In this document: piece after piece, positions 12,869-27,493 of the stretch
Layout of the letters: every line of letters begins with the position of its first letter
How positions within the stretch are numbered: position 1 is the stretch's first letter
Assembly: GCF_009914755.1 (NCBI RefSeq)
Contig: NC_060937.1
Source of the DNA: the human T2T-CHM13v2.0 reference genome, Homo sapiens
DNA: 64,000 nucleotides
Reading direction: 5' to 3' (one strand)
Made by a program: the position numbers and the translations under genes
Notes under the pieces: generated by a model
Told to the model about the DNA's origin: nothing
The model's input: the letters and a program-made list of their open reading frames with translations, nothing else
Databases searched by the model: none

Positions 12869-15174
12869 AATACAGGAGATGTTTGCAAGGACATGCACAT
12901 TTTATCAGCTTGGCTCCAAGTCCTGACATTCCTAACTACGGTTAAAGCTTAGGGAAATATTAATCATTCTCAGGTCAATATACACATTTTGGTCTTTTCT
13001 AAAAATGCTCTATGAATGCGGCAATAATTGCGTGGTATATCATCTTCTGAGCTGAGACAGGTCTTCCGTATCTCTCTTTAATGACGTATTGGCTTGGTAA
13101 TCAGTTGTCTCTTGTTAAGCGTGTGTAATCATTACATTCAGAAAGCCAGACTCAGAAAGGTCTGAGTAGAAACATTAAATCCTCTAGGAATGCCATTTTT
13201 ACTTTGTCACCAGAATAAAATCATGGCCAGCTGTCAGAATTTTTTTGCTCACTATTAGTGCCTGAAGGCTCTTTCATTATGGGTTAGTTCCATAAACCGT
13301 GTAAATTCAGTAATGAAAATGTCCAGTCCAACCTAATAATCAAACGTGTGAAATTCTCTTACTCTTCGTTTTTCCCCTCGTCCAGTTAGGTTCTGCTTCA
13401 GTCTAAGAGTCCCTAGTAGGGTGTGTATGTGAACCTTTTCAGGTTCGTGTGCCAACCTTGCACTCTCCTCGTCCTTCAAACAATGTTTCTGACTCCCCTG
13501 TGCTTGTAGTTGGCAGGTTTCGAGCTGGGGAGATGATGGATCAAAAGTGAGAAAGAAGAAGTGAGAGAAGAAATCATTCTTTGTGACTGGTAATTTTATG
13601 ATCTCTCATTGATGTTTTCTAGCCTGGCAGGTATTAACAGCTGATGCCCTAGTGCTTTTGTGTGCTTAAGACAATGTCTCTCCCCTCTATTTCTCCATGT
13701 GATGGTAATGTTTTGGCCTCTTTCTGCTGAGATCTTTTGGTGGGTTCCTTTTCTCCCATATCATCTATTCTAGCCCATAGAAACCTTCCCTCTCTTTTCT
13801 ACTTTTGGTGGAAGTACAGCCTACACCTAATGCAGCTGCCTCTCTTTACTCTGCCACTAGACAGCCAACTTCTGCTACAAGAATGGGCTGCCTTCCATTT
13901 GCGTAGGCATAGGCCAACTACCAGCCCTTTTAGTCCTTCCAGCTCCAAGGATCCTTCAACACTTCTCTCACCTAGGACCAATGAATGAGGGAATGCCGTA
14001 GCAGTTCAATCAGCTTTCTTCAAACAAGTTCCCTGCTTTGTTCTCTTCAACTTCAATCCTTTTATTCAATTAAGGTGGATGTCAAACTGTGGGACTGAAA
14101 ACAAGGTTTCAGTCATCTGCTTTTCATGTCTAGCACCTCACTGAAAGTGAGGGGTGTATGCCATCTATTGTCCCTTGTTCTTGGCTGAAATGGAAACAGA
14201 AAGAGTACTATTTTAGCACCCTTTTCCATGTACTTGGAAGTGGTGCAGAGAAGACAGAAAACTAGTTTCCAAATTCAAGATACTGCAATAGACCTTGAAT
14301 GGAACGCAAAGTTATATGAGATATTTTCCCAATCTTTCAGGGACTTGGAATCTCAAACTGGTAGAAAACATGTTCACAAAACACATTCACAGCAAAACAG
14401 GTTTTGAAATAAAAGAAGTGTACAATCCCACAGACTTTCAAATAGGGGAAAATTCTTTTTTGATTGAGAGGATTCAACAGTATTTAATGAAAGAGGTAAT
14501 ATGTGATATGAGTTTTCATTCAATTAAAATAAATTCTTTAAAATATGGATGAGATGAGATAATGACTGAGAATGCTTTAAAATAATTCAGTGAGTGGGAG
14601 AAAGAGGGTCATATTATATTTGAAGTGAAGTTTTCTGAGTGAGTAATCATTGAAGCTGTTTGATGGGAACGGAGTGTTATACTATATTTTCTGTATATTT
14701 GTATTCACTTAAAATTCTGTAATACATAAATACAAAAATATAGTAACACAATAAAAATAACTTTGTCACTGTCTACTCTTTCACAAACACTGTTCTAGAT
14801 GCTAGGGACACAGTGATGGACAAAATAGACATAAGTCCATCTCTCATGTAGACTAGGATATAGAAGAGAAGAACACAGAACAAATATTTACAAGTGGGAA
14901 TAGTTTACAAAATCTTTCAAGTTGGATGGAATTTTAATCAGCAGACTTGGAAGCAAGAAAGCGAGTGGGAGCAAATGCATTCTTGAGTGAAATGCTCTGA
15001 GTTGAGTGGCCTCTACACTGCATTACTTTCATTTGTGTACAAACTTTCAGATTATGTTTTCTCCTTCTCACTATTCTCTTTCATTTCAGCTTCATGGGCA
15101 TGTCGTGACTATTTAGTATTAGAAGCCTTCTCTCATTCATTATAATGCAACCATTCATTCATAAAGCCAATAAG

Positions 15175-15700
<526 letters not shown>

Positions 15701-17699
15701 TAAATCATGTTATTGTTAAATAAAATATGCTCATTTACTTCAATGGAAATGAAACTATTGTATTGACATTTTCTCTTCATTGGATGGGTTCTGTCTTGGA
15801 TTAGAAGACTTCCATTTGTAAGACAAAGGCATATGCATTCTTGAGTGAAATGCTCTGAGTTTAGTGGCCTCTAGTGAAGTTTCTTTTATGAGTTAATAAA
15901 AATTAGTATTAGGGATTTGGGTTTGGGAATAGGAGATATTCCCATATCAATACTTTAAATGGTTATTTTGTTGGATCTGAAAACTGAGAAATTATGTCTT
16001 AATGGGCAGTTCATCAGATACTCCAAACTGGAGAGTGATAGTCACTTGAACCCATGCACTATATCAGTGTTTTCAAGGGAGAACTGAAAGTTAAGATACA
16101 AAGATAAAGCACTATAGAGATAAAAGTAAAATGCTTATTTCTAACCAGTGGTTTGGGAATGTTCACTCACTGGTTAGTCTTAGAGCTGATCTTAATGAAC
16201 TATCAGTTGATTGGAAATAAATTTCTGAAGCCAGGCTAAATTTCAGTATATCACACAACAGATTGTTTTGGGTGACACGGCAATTTCAACGCTGCTACAA
16301 TTCTAGTCATCTCCCTTTATCCACTGAGTTCCCAAAGGAAATAGGTATTTTAAACAGAATCCCTAGGAAAAAATGAGGTTAAACATCCGCTTTTCCCATG
16401 TGTCTACTCAGTTTCTTGCCATGCTGACACAGTATGAGGATACTATTTTTAACTTGTTACACGCGTCCAGAGGTTGAATAGAGGAAGATAAAAAGATAAA
16501 AGATAGCAAGATAAAAGTTCACTGAAGTGGAAACCTAAAGGACCTTTTCCCATCTGTTTGGCACAGAAGTTGTTATCTCTTTGGGAGTACAGATTTCATC
16601 ACAGTTCTATAGACTTGTGACTTCCAGATTGTGTAATTGCAAAACAGCAGCAGTCTTCAAGGCTCCAGGATGCCTGTTCTTACTTTAGCCAGAGCAGTTT
16701 CTTATTCATCCTTCGTTTTCATATTGAGGTTACACCTGAAAAGCTATTCCCTTTTCAGTTAAATGGATGTAAGTTTGCTAAACTACAAAAATGGAAAATA
16801 TTGTTTATTAGTCTAGTTCCAGTGTTTCCATATCATAGCATATAAATTCAATGTTGAATGATTTATTATATATTAAAGTAAAATGCTAGAAGGGAGATTG
16901 GAAAAGAACAGGCACCTATTCATAATATATTTTTCTTCAAATAGACTACAGTGTAGTCTAATTGAATTTATAAGAATAGCTCATCAGACAGCACATTTTA
17001 TTGTCCAACCATCCAAATCCTTCTTTTCTAATGTATTTTTCAACCCAAACAAAGGAAATTTGTTGGATATTATTGAAAAAACTTCTACAAAATTTGATTT
17101 GAAATTATTTTTACATTAATGCCACATTTTGGCTTACATGATTAATATTTTTTGTGTGGCTGCAATTATGTATAAAACTGATTAAAGATCAAACTCTGAA
17201 AGTAGATTGTCTAAACACACACACAAAAATAATTCGCATGCATTACTTCTTCAGGAAAATAAAGAAATAAAAATATTTTCTTATTTCAGAGTAGTCATGA
17301 AGAAATGAAATATTCAGAAAAATGAAAAGTATAATTATATGTGTGAAATATTGTTCATTTTTGGATTATTCTAGACAGAATCTAGACCTTTTTAGTTATA
17401 TTAGATCATTAAACCAACAACAGTTTAGAATAAATACGGTTAAATTATTTGGTACCAAATAAAAATATCATGTTTATAACAAGCAATGTATATTTAAATA
17501 TAACAAGTATTGCTATTTACTAAAACGTGTGGTACATTGGTTTGGAATTGAGTCATTGCCATTTAATATGAAATCATGCGTCTCAAATTAGAATACAGTT
17601 CTACAGAGGTAAGTACTCATGCTCTGTAGGGTAGAGAGAGCCACAGCATAAACATCACACCTGCAGTCAGAGGGCTTACTATGTGACTGCATATAGTAG

Positions 17700-18133
17700 T
17701 GTATTAGTCATTGCTGTCCAGAAAACAAAAACAAAACCAGTCTTTCTCTCTCTCTTTCTCTCTCTGAAAGCAACTTATTTTAAGGAATTGGCTTATGTGA
17801 TCGTGGGGACTGGTAAGTCCAAAATCTACAGGGAATGCTACTAGGCTGGAAATTCTGCAAGGAACCTGCCAGAAGTTGCAGTCTTGAGTCCAAAGGTGGT
17901 CTGAAGGTAGAATTCAATCCTCTTCTGGGGACCTTAGTATCTCCTAAGGCTTTCAATTGATTGAATGAGGACCACCAACATTATGGAGGCTAAGATGCTT
18001 TACTCCAAGTCTACTGGTTTAAGTATTAATAACATCTAAAAAATACATTCACAGCAACGTGTAGACTGCTACTTGACCAAACCCACTGGGTACTACAGCT
18101 TAGCCAAGTTGCCATATAAAACTAATTATCACA
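17700..18133 (-). mobile_element. MLT2 (ERVL) solo LTR inserted in an L2 remnant
   Basis: tgtattagtc...ttattttaaggaattggcttatgtgat...tagccaagttgccatataaaactaattatcaca; TG...CA ends; 5-bp TSD agtag/ggtag. Confidence 0.88.
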
Positions 18134-18504
18134 GGTAGTATTTTAGGTGAGGAATGAGATGGCAAGCCTGTGCTCTCATGAAGCTAATGCCATAGAACTT
18201 GGGTTAAGGGCATGTTAGATTGAGTATCCAGGAAAACCTTCTCTGGGGAAATCACATTTAGGCTGAATATGTGGAAAGATCTGAATTTTCCAAGTAGAGA
18301 GAATATCATGCTTCATGTGTCTAAGGAACAGAAGGGAAATCAGCGTGTGTGGCTCAGGGTGATGCAGATGATGCTGGAGGATTGTCTGGAATGAGACTGT
18401 AGCTTGGGCAAGTGTCAGGTCAAATAAGCCCGGGAAGAAGCTTGGATTTTATTCTATGTGCTTTGAGAAGTCATTGGTGGTTTCCACCTGGGATGGGGGT
18501 GGGG

Positions 18505-19428
18505 AGAATCTGTTTTCCTCTGTATTCACACTCAACACAGAACAATTCTGTGACCAGAAGTGTGGGAGTTTCTCCCACACCAAGCAACTGTCCAGTTCTC
18601 TTTGAACACCAACTGTATGTCGTATAATTCAACTGAATTACCACACTAACCTGAGTTACCACAGACCTCACATGTTAAGGGCTTAGTCCCACAAGATGCC
18701 CCCCACTTTAGATGCCACTCACAAGTAGTAGGTCCCCAGATTATGCACAACTTCCATATGACTTGGCTACACATTGGAGATTCTCATGAGTCCCTTCTTG
18801 GGTTTTATCATTTGCTAGAATGGCTCACAGGACTCAGAGAAACACTTTACCTGTGTTTACTCTTTTATTATAAAGGATGCAATTCATGAACAGCCAAAGG
18901 GAATAAATACACTGGGCAAGCAATGGAAGAAGGAATGTGGAGCTTGCAGGTCCTCTCTGGGCATGCCATCCTCCCAGCATTTTCATATGTTCAGCAACCT
19001 GGAAGCTCTCAGAACACCCTACTTTTGGGATTTATATTCAGGCTTCATCATGTAGACATGATCAATCAATCATTGAGTATTAATCCATCATCAACTGATT
19101 AACCCCATTCCCAGCCCCTCTCCTCTCTGGAGAATGGAAAGTCAACCTGAAAATTCCAAGCTTCTAATCATGGTTTGGTTTTTCTGGTGACCAGCCCCCA
19201 TCCAAGAGGCCATCAGAAATTATCTCATTAGAAAAAAAGATGCTCCTATCACCCAGGAAACTCCAGAGGATTTAGGAGGAATGTGTTAGATGCTTGCTCC
19301 TATCACTCAGGAAATTACAAAGGTCTTAGACACTATGTGTCAGGAAATGGGGTCAAGGACCAAATATTAGACCTGAAAATTATCCCAGTCGCCGCTTTAG
19401 GAGCTCTGGTTCAAAGACTGGGGAGACT

Positions 19429-19483
<55 letters not shown>

Positions 19484-19509
19484 CATATGCATATTTCTTA
19501 TTTCACACA
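18505..19509 (-). mobile_element. MER21C-like solo LTR containing a (TG)n tract
   Basis: ttctgtgaccagaagtgtggg...cttctaatcatggtttggtttttctggtgaccagccccca...gatgctcctatcacccaggaaa...atatttcttatttcacaca. Confidence 0.82.
19436..19480. repeat. (TG)22 microsatellite
   Basis: Uninterrupted TG run. Confidence 0.97.
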
Positions 19510-19859
19510 AGCAAAGATTTATATAATTTGAATGCTTTATGAAGGGTAAATGTGAATATAAAGTTTGAGGGAAAACAAACATCTTATTTCAAATTGGCCA
19601 ATTTTTGTGTGGTATACATGAGAGGGAGAATAAAAAAGAGAACAAAACCAGAAACATACCTGTAAAAAATAAAAACTTATTATTCATAGTGAATGAAAGT
19701 CTGTCATGTTTGTGTTATCTGGAAAATATAAATCTTCTTTGCAGAGAAATGCATACCATAAAGAAACTACAAACACATAACCACACTGAGAATAAAGCGT
19801 ATACAACTTTTCTCACAAAAGATCACCCTGCCACTAAATGAATGAATACTTCCTCAAAT

Positions 19860-20400
19860 GAATTAGGAAAATGCCAAAAATCTGATAGAAAATTAGGCAA
19901 AGTGCATGAATAGGTAATTTACAGAACATAACAGTGACTTTTAAACAAAGAAACAAAATTCTCACCCTCAATGTTAAAAATCAAATAAATACAAATCAAA
20001 TAACTATTTTTTCACTTATATTTGCAAAGATCATTAAATTTGATAATTCATAGCATTGACCAGCAGGTAGAGAAAAAGGTATTTCAACATCCCAATAGAG
20101 GGGAAACTATTCTTGCATCTTTGAAGGGTAACTGGGCAACATGTATCAATATTGCAAATACACATGACCTTTGAATCATCTATTTCATCCATGTAAACAA
20201 AAGAGCATGAATTGCACATATTTTATGCTAGCACAAGGTAGAACAACCAAAATCTCCATTAATAAGGAAATAATTAAATGGTTATGGCAGACTAAAATGA
20301 AGAATATAATTTTGATTTTTATAAAGAAGGAGATAGCCTTACAGCTAGTGATATGAAAATGCTACAGAAGAAGAGGGTTAAAGGACATGTGTAGGAGGAA
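19860..20400 (+). mobile_element. Old L1 (L1ME-like) ORF2-end/3' fragment
   Basis: aaattaggcaaagtgcatgaataggtaatttacagaa...tttgaagggtaactgggcaacatgtatcaa...acacatgacctttga; highly diverged. Confidence 0.6.
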
Positions 20401-21483
20401 AAGTTGATTGATTATATTTCTATGTGCTTCCGTAATTTTTTTACCAAGTCCTTTTAGTTGTTTTCCGAAAAAGGAAAAAATTAAAAATATAATGATTCAT
20501 AAAAATGTTATAATAGAATCATCATATATTTTTACAAAATACAGAAAGATATGATATCTTACTTCAGAACAATAGAAATGCCAGTGCATTTCAAATAAAA
20601 TACAAGCACACATTGTCAAATAAAATAAGAGCAAATAAAAATCTGTTCAATAGTTCTTCAATGTCAGTTTTATAATTATTTGAGAAATGAATTGCGTAAA
20701 GCAGAAAGAATATGGGTAGTTACTGCACTGTCCTACCAGTGGATTGGAGATTAAAGAGTGGAAGTGGACTGACTAGGACTAACCGAACACTGCTTGCCAA
20801 CCTTTGTGAGTGGAACCGAGCCCAATCTGATTCTCATAGCACACCCTGGATCAGGAGGCAGACAAGGACAAGAAGAGAACTTCATCTTTGGTGGTGACAA
20901 TTTTTCTTCCCTATTTATTTTATTGTAGTTCCTGTAGTTCCGTATCAGAACACAGAAGTTTATCAGTGAATGATTTACTGTATTTTAATGTAAAACATGT
21001 CATAATCTTAGAAATTCATTGATACTACAGTATGTAGAGAGCCTAAGAGTGGTACAATAAAAAAAATTAAGTTAATCCCACATACTGAAACGGCATGTGA
21101 TGACATTTGGAAATTGGCTAGAAATCGTTACTTTGTATCTGAAATTCTTTATATAAATCCATACATTCAGGAATGTTATTGTCAGTACATAATCATACAT
21201 TTGGGCTCATTTTGAGAAGTTTACATATTGGTTTGCCATATTTGGTTTTGATATAAGAACTCTACTCTTCCCTTATAATTTTTTTATTTCATCTAATTAA
21301 TTTGTCAAGAATATAGGTATTTCCTTCAATGTCACCTAATTTATTAGAGAAGAAGGAAGATATTTAAAAGAAATACCAATTACATTATATAAGATTAAGG
21401 AGAAATGCAATGCGACACTCCCGAAGGAGACAAGGAAAAAACTTTTAAGAACTTATGCTTACTGATTTCCCAAGCCTCAAGTG

Positions 21484-21632
21484 CAGTGGTCTCCGAAGTG
21501 TGGTCCCCAAATTCTCAGGTCCCCAACTCAGACCTCTAGTGAATAAGAAACCCTGAGAGTAGGGTCCCAGATTCTATGTTTTAAGGAGCTCTCCAGATGA
21601 TTCTGATGAGCACATAAGTTTGGGGACCACTG
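21484..21632. mobile_element. MER5A-type MITE
   Basis: Terminal inverted repeats cagtggtctcc / ggggaccactg; internal ctccagatgattctgatg. Confidence 0.85.
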
Positions 21633-23289
21633 CCTTTGGCCATCACAATTACTTTTTTGGGTAATTTTTTTTCTAAGATTTTAGACTATTAAAAAAATAT
21701 GGAAGAACACATTTGTATTGCAAGGAAGTTTGGATTTCATGATATGACTAATCTTACTGTAGAAATGATGTGAGATTCTTGTTTGACTATTTTAGAGCAG
21801 ATTCGGTATCTAATGGGATTCCATCTTGATGTACAGAGCACCTTCTACATAATGAATTTTGCATTTCAGATGGATGAAGCCTTTAACACAGACAGAATTT
21901 TAAGTATTGCATATTTCTGGAAGAAAAGCATTGATCACATCCTCCTTAGATATTTAGTAACACCGATAGAAATTAATTATTTAAGCCACATTCAGATCTG
22001 TAACATTGCTCAGGAGGTACAGCGTTTTAAAAATCACTGCTCTTTCATACAAATATACATAATACAATATAGAGAGTTTTGCATAATAATGGCTATTTTT
22101 GGATTTTTAAATACTGATGATAATAGACTGCTGAGTAACTAAAGTAGACATAAGGCAAGTATCAGTCATATCTGTTCTTAGTCTAGCATCTCCAGAAAAA
22201 AAATCTAGAAGGAAAATTCATGGTTTATTAATGATAATATTATTTCATTTGAAAGCCATAAATTAGAAATAAATATCATCTCTAATGAAGGTTGAATTTT
22301 TATATACAATTTTGAGTGCAGATATTTTGGTTAAAGATTTCTCCATGTTTTGAATGTGATAGTTTCAATATGATCTGGTTCTACAATTTAAAAATATTAT
22401 TTGACCAAAAGTTCTTGCCTAGTCCAGACCGATAGATCAAGCTATTTGTAGAATGTAAAAGCTTGAGGACTAAGCAGCTAATTAGGAATTTATTCATGCA
22501 GACATGCAAGTCAGCTTCTCTTTGGGACTCCATCCAAGTCAACACAGAAAGCCTCAAGATGCATACACAAACCTGATCCGTTAGTCTATATATTGACATA
22601 ATTTATCATTCTTTCTCATATGTGTCTTTTGGGAGCTATTCACCAACAAATTTTATTATTATTTTTATTATTTACTTATCTTAAAAAGTTCTTAATGCTA
22701 TTCCTGGGAAAACACATTGTTGTTCTGGGATTCCTAATTAGCAATTTCCTGTTCATTTTACTTGCAAATGCATTGCTTTTCTCTCTAAAAGTTTTGTAAC
22801 AGCCAGGATTACAAACTGTTCAGCTTCCTGAAGATTTCACCAAGTAAACAAATGTTTAAATTTTAATTCAAAATAAACTGAAGAGCAATTTACAGGAGGT
22901 ACAGTATAGAGAGAAATCACACCTGTTCAGAGGATTCTTACTAAAAAAATGTGAATATCAAGACTCTGTCTCTTGCCCATCATGAAGCAGATGATTTTTA
23001 ACTGCATACAAATGAGCACAAATAACTTGACATCTTGAAGAGTGTAAGCTGCTTCAAAAGAAATTCCCTACTGAAGAATTTCTATGTGATTTTAGCTTTC
23101 TCTGTTCATCATTAACAGATCTTTATTGGGTGCCTACTGTGTGTGAGGCTCTGGGCTACCACATTAAAAATACATAGCAGTAATTTCTGCTGCCTTGGAG
23201 ATTATAGCACCTGTGATAGCCTGTGAAGGATGGGCTGGTGCAGGGCAGGATGCTACAGGAGTATATTGGAGAAGCAGCCGGAAATCAGT

Positions 23290-23701
23290 CCGTAAGGAAT
23301 TATAGTGGATATTCCCATCTCCACTCTCCCCTTGACCTACAGCGCACCCATCCCCCTACTGCTGGATATGATGGTGACAGTGCCTTCTTAACAGAATTGC
23401 CACCTGACCCAAAGTCCATGCTCTGCTCCTCACACCCCCTCCCTACACCCTAGTCATCAATCAATGACTGAGGTTCAGAAGATGGGCCTACTAGCCTGAA
23501 GATGAAATCAACTCTGTGCTGCAATTTGTGTTTCATTGCTTCCTGGTGGGATCAGAGGAGACTTGACTCCAGCCCAGACCGCCTTTTTGCGTAACTTTTA
23601 TCTCCTGCTTTATCTTGCCTCCCTCACTCCTCTTTACTGAGAGCACTACCCCCAATAAATCTCTTGACCAAGCATCTACTTCTAGGGAACCTAATTTAAC
23701 A
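23290..23701 (+). mobile_element. LTR16-like ERVL solo LTR within an L2 remnant
   Basis: caactctgtgctgcaatttgtg...ggtgggatcag...gcctccctcactcc...gagagcact...caataaatc...cttctagggaacc. Confidence 0.65.
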
Positions 23702-25189
23702 ATGTGATTTTCAGAGACTTGCAGGGTAAGTAGGAGCTAGCTAGGTGAAATGGGTAAGAGAAGAGAGAGTATCCCATACAGAGAAAACACCAGCGCATAG
23801 GAGAGAAAGGAGTTCTAGTTAAAGAACAGAATGATATGAGGATGGGACAGAGTTTAAAGATTGTCAGGAGATGGGAGCAAAGGAGTCATCATGAGAGATG
23901 AGCGGAAGAGGTTTAAAAACATCATAAGCAAAGTTATATCTACATTTGTTTAATGACAAAAAGTTATGAAAAATCCAGACTCTTACCTGTGTTTTAGTCT
24001 ATATAATATTTGTGATATTTGTGATAATTGCAGTTGTATTACTCCTCTATTTCTTGGACTGGTGTCTCCATTTTACCACCATTTCTACTGCACTTGGGCC
24101 TCATTTTTCCCCCCTCTGGGTTTTTATAACAGATTCCTAACCTATCGATCTGCTACCTCCCTTGCAAACTAATTCCCCACGTAGATGATTGTTATTTTAA
24201 AAATCAACAATGCAATTTTTTTGTGTACAAATCCCTTCACTGTGCATTTTATCTGCACCTCTATATTTCTCTTTTTTCCACTTTCCAACACATGGAAACA
24301 CATCCAGGCATACAAAATGCCCTTTCATATCTCTATGGTTTGGGGCAGGCATTTCAGTTGGAGTTTTCTCTTCCCAGTCTTTCAAAATCAAAAGTAAATG
24401 TTACTTCTTTATAAGACTTGATCAACTGATCATTTCTTTCTCTGGCATCCCTTACACTTGATGTATGCCCCGTGATAGCATTTATCTAAGACATACTTTA
24501 ATCAGTTGTTTAGATGTCTGTTTCTTTTACTAGATTACTCCATGAGTGAGTGTCCCAGGTTTCATCTAAGTGAGAATCAGCTATATCTGGCTAAGTGAAA
24601 CTGAGAGCTTAGGTGGCTAGAACTCTACTTATGGGAAGAATCATCCATATGTTAGAAAGAGCAGGCACCATGAGCATCATGGGTACAAAAGGAGTCCAAT
24701 TTCAAGTGCATCGTTGTGTCTGCCACTAAAATTTCTTTCCCATCTTTGTCCCCATTGCATCTGGTCAGTAGAAATATGGGAATGAGGGGTACTTCCACAT
24801 GTTGCCTCAGACCACCAGAAAGTTTTTGGATGTCTGGGCATTCATATATCCATGACAGCACCTGGAAGATCATCAATGATGGACCCGAGACAGCTGAGAT
24901 GATGGTCCCTGGGTGAGACCACAATTGTGGGTGCAGCAGCACTGTGGGTGCAGCAGCTTGGTGCCTCCCTCAGTAGAAGCACACTTCTGAGGGACATTCT
25001 AGGGATTCTCAGAAACACCCCATTTCAAGGGTTCTTTAGAGACCTGAGGTCTAGGTTTTGCAGGCTGTGATTATAAAGGTGGAAATTAAGTTAATGTGGC
25101 TTTGTTTGTTTATACATCCTTATAGGTTCAGAATAGACAGCCTATCCATCAATATTAGGATTATGTCTAGTTAATTAGAGTAGAGAACA

Positions 25190-25400
25190 TTACTACTTAC
25201 TTGAAGACTGGCCACAGCTAAGTACTTTGTATTATCTCCTCATAGCAACTCTATTAAAGAGGTGTCATTATTGTCGCTATTTCCAGAAATAAAAAACTAA
25301 AGATTGGAGACATTATTTCAGGAACTCACGATCCTATCAGCAGCAACTCGCAGAGCAAAAACTGGAAATCTAGTGCTAGAGCTCATATTATTTCCATTGT
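25190..25400 (-). mobile_element. MIR remnant
   Basis: cagctaagtactttg...tcctcatagcaactctat...gtcattattgtcgctatttccagaaataaaaaactaaag. Confidence 0.6.
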
Positions 25401-27493
25401 TATGCTCTAGGGCCAGTCCCTAATAAATTACCTGTGCCTGTGATGAGCAACTGAATGAATGGACATGAAAATGACTAGTGTATTTTTTCATCCAAGAAAC
25501 AGCACAGTCACTGTGTACACTGTAAGTATGAATATTTTTCAAATGTCAGTGGTATGGCTCACATGAGTAATAAGACAGTGTTGAAGTCTAATTTACTGTT
25601 CAAATTTCAATCCAGTGCCTGTCATCAGGCAACCATCAGAAAATAATTAAATCTCTCTCCATAATCCTTCAAAAGCTCTTTTAGCTCCTGCCAGCATACA
25701 CCTACTTTAACCTTATAATGTGTAACCGCCCAATAAAAATGCTTTTAAAGCCCTTCCTGCTAACCTTTAACCCTAACGACTGTGCATAATTTATTATCCT
25801 ATAAACAATCAAATCCTTTCCTTTCTCATGTTTGAGAGATTTCCTTTTTTCCTCCTCCCCCACCAACATTGCTTCATTTGCTGGATAATATTGAATACAG
25901 ACATGTTTATTATTTGTCATTTTCATTTAAGAGGTATGCTCCCTGTTCTTATGTAGCATTCAATGAAAGTGGAATTTGTTATTTAGAACAAAATTGTTGC
26001 CTATATCCTTTTTTCTTGTATTCTTTGTTGATTTCTTTCCCTTTTTTGAACTAGTAATTGTTGTATGAAAAAGTTAGTTATCTGCTTCTGTTCTTAGTTA
26101 TGCTGTTATGCTTTGACAGTGTTATCTGAAGCAAAATGTAGTTAACTCCTTCATCTTCTTATATGGGTTGGTTAGAGCTATTTAATGTGAAGTCACCTGA
26201 ACATGTAAATCCATGCTATGTGGAAACGACAGAAGATTATAAAATAGCAGTGCCCAATTACAGAACTAATTCTGTTGATTCATTACATAAATATATAGAG
26301 ATGAGAGTATGTTCCGTGAAGGCGCTGCAAAGTTGTTAATAGATTTCTTAAATTTCCAGGCTCTATACAAAATTTATTGTATTTTAAATTAAAAAATTTC
26401 CTTGATGTAAAGATGGAACTTGATTTTGAGTAAGTTCAGACCTTAAATAGGAACCTGAAAACTCAATTTTTTTTTTCATTTAATCCCTGAACCTACACTT
26501 CTTGCTATTTTCTTTTCCTCAACATTCTGAGTTTTCTTTACCTAAAAATACTTCTTAAAATCCCATTTTCTTCAAAACAGTTTCAGAATATGGTCAGATG
26601 ACTTCCTCTTCATAGTGACATCTTGCAGTGGCATATGTTTAGCTGTCGGGAGTTCAGAGGATATGCTTGGCACCGCAATAGACTCCCTTTCTTGAGCACC
26701 TCAGAACGTCAGGTCATCTCTGCCCCTCACAGCACTTCCGGAAGCTCACCCTCATAAAACTTGTCTAAGTGCTCTTCAAATTCTAGGGATGGCTAAAAGG
26801 ATCCTTTCAAATACACACCTCTTTATAGCACAGTCCACAAACTCCTATAAGTAAAATTTTCAGAGAGGATTTTCAGAATTCTTAAAAGAAGAAAATGTGC
26901 CTCGGCTGTGAAAAAAACTTAATAGGTGGCCAAATTTAGACTTTTGTTCTCTTTTCAACATCATGCAGGACAAACTAGAGCAAAATCTTCAGGAGTTCAG
27001 GCAGTGTTTTTATTATAAAAGTTTCAGCTGAGTAGCCAGTTGAAGGGAGTATACAAGCAAAAGTGAAACCGAGTATTCAAACCAAAGATTCTGGAGTTGG
27101 TCTCCATCTTCTTCACTTTCAGATTCAATGGTTATAAGTTTCGTGTCCTGACAAATAATTTCCAGGGCTTTTCCTCCTCCTTCCATCTCCATTCTTTCTG
27201 TATGGGACTGGAATCTCATCTGTCTCTGGGCTCCTCGCCACCCATTTAGTTCTCTGTTCCATCCTGGCATAACTTATACAGTCGTTGTTCACAAATATCA
27301 ATACAGTTATTAAACTACTCTGCTTAAAATTCTCAGGTGGCTCCCTGTGTCCTTCCAGATCAACTTCAAGCTTCTGTGCTTGACTTCCAATGCCCTCCAA
27401 GGTCTAGCATCTACCTGTGTGTCTCCAACCTTGACCCTTGTCCATTTTCATTTGCTGTGTATACTTTATTCTCAATCATCACGTAACTAATTA

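Noticed and set aside
13230-14250. Possible ancient LTR-like element
   Set aside because: I could not assign a family or termini by eye; needs a Dfam search.
15059-15089. Acceptor-like tract ending catttcag
   Set aside because: No matching donor or poly(A) arrangement found nearby.
17601-17614. GAG|GTAAGT perfect donor or recursive site
   Set aside because: No pyrimidine tract before it, the AG is GAG rather than YAG, and no plausible exon.
21783-22142. 119-aa ORF in non-repeat sequence
   Set aside because: TTG start, AT-rich codons, no recognisable motif; compatible with chance.
24926-24957. 17-bp tandem duplication tgtgggtgcagcagc
   Set aside because: Ordinary slippage-size duplication with no further support.
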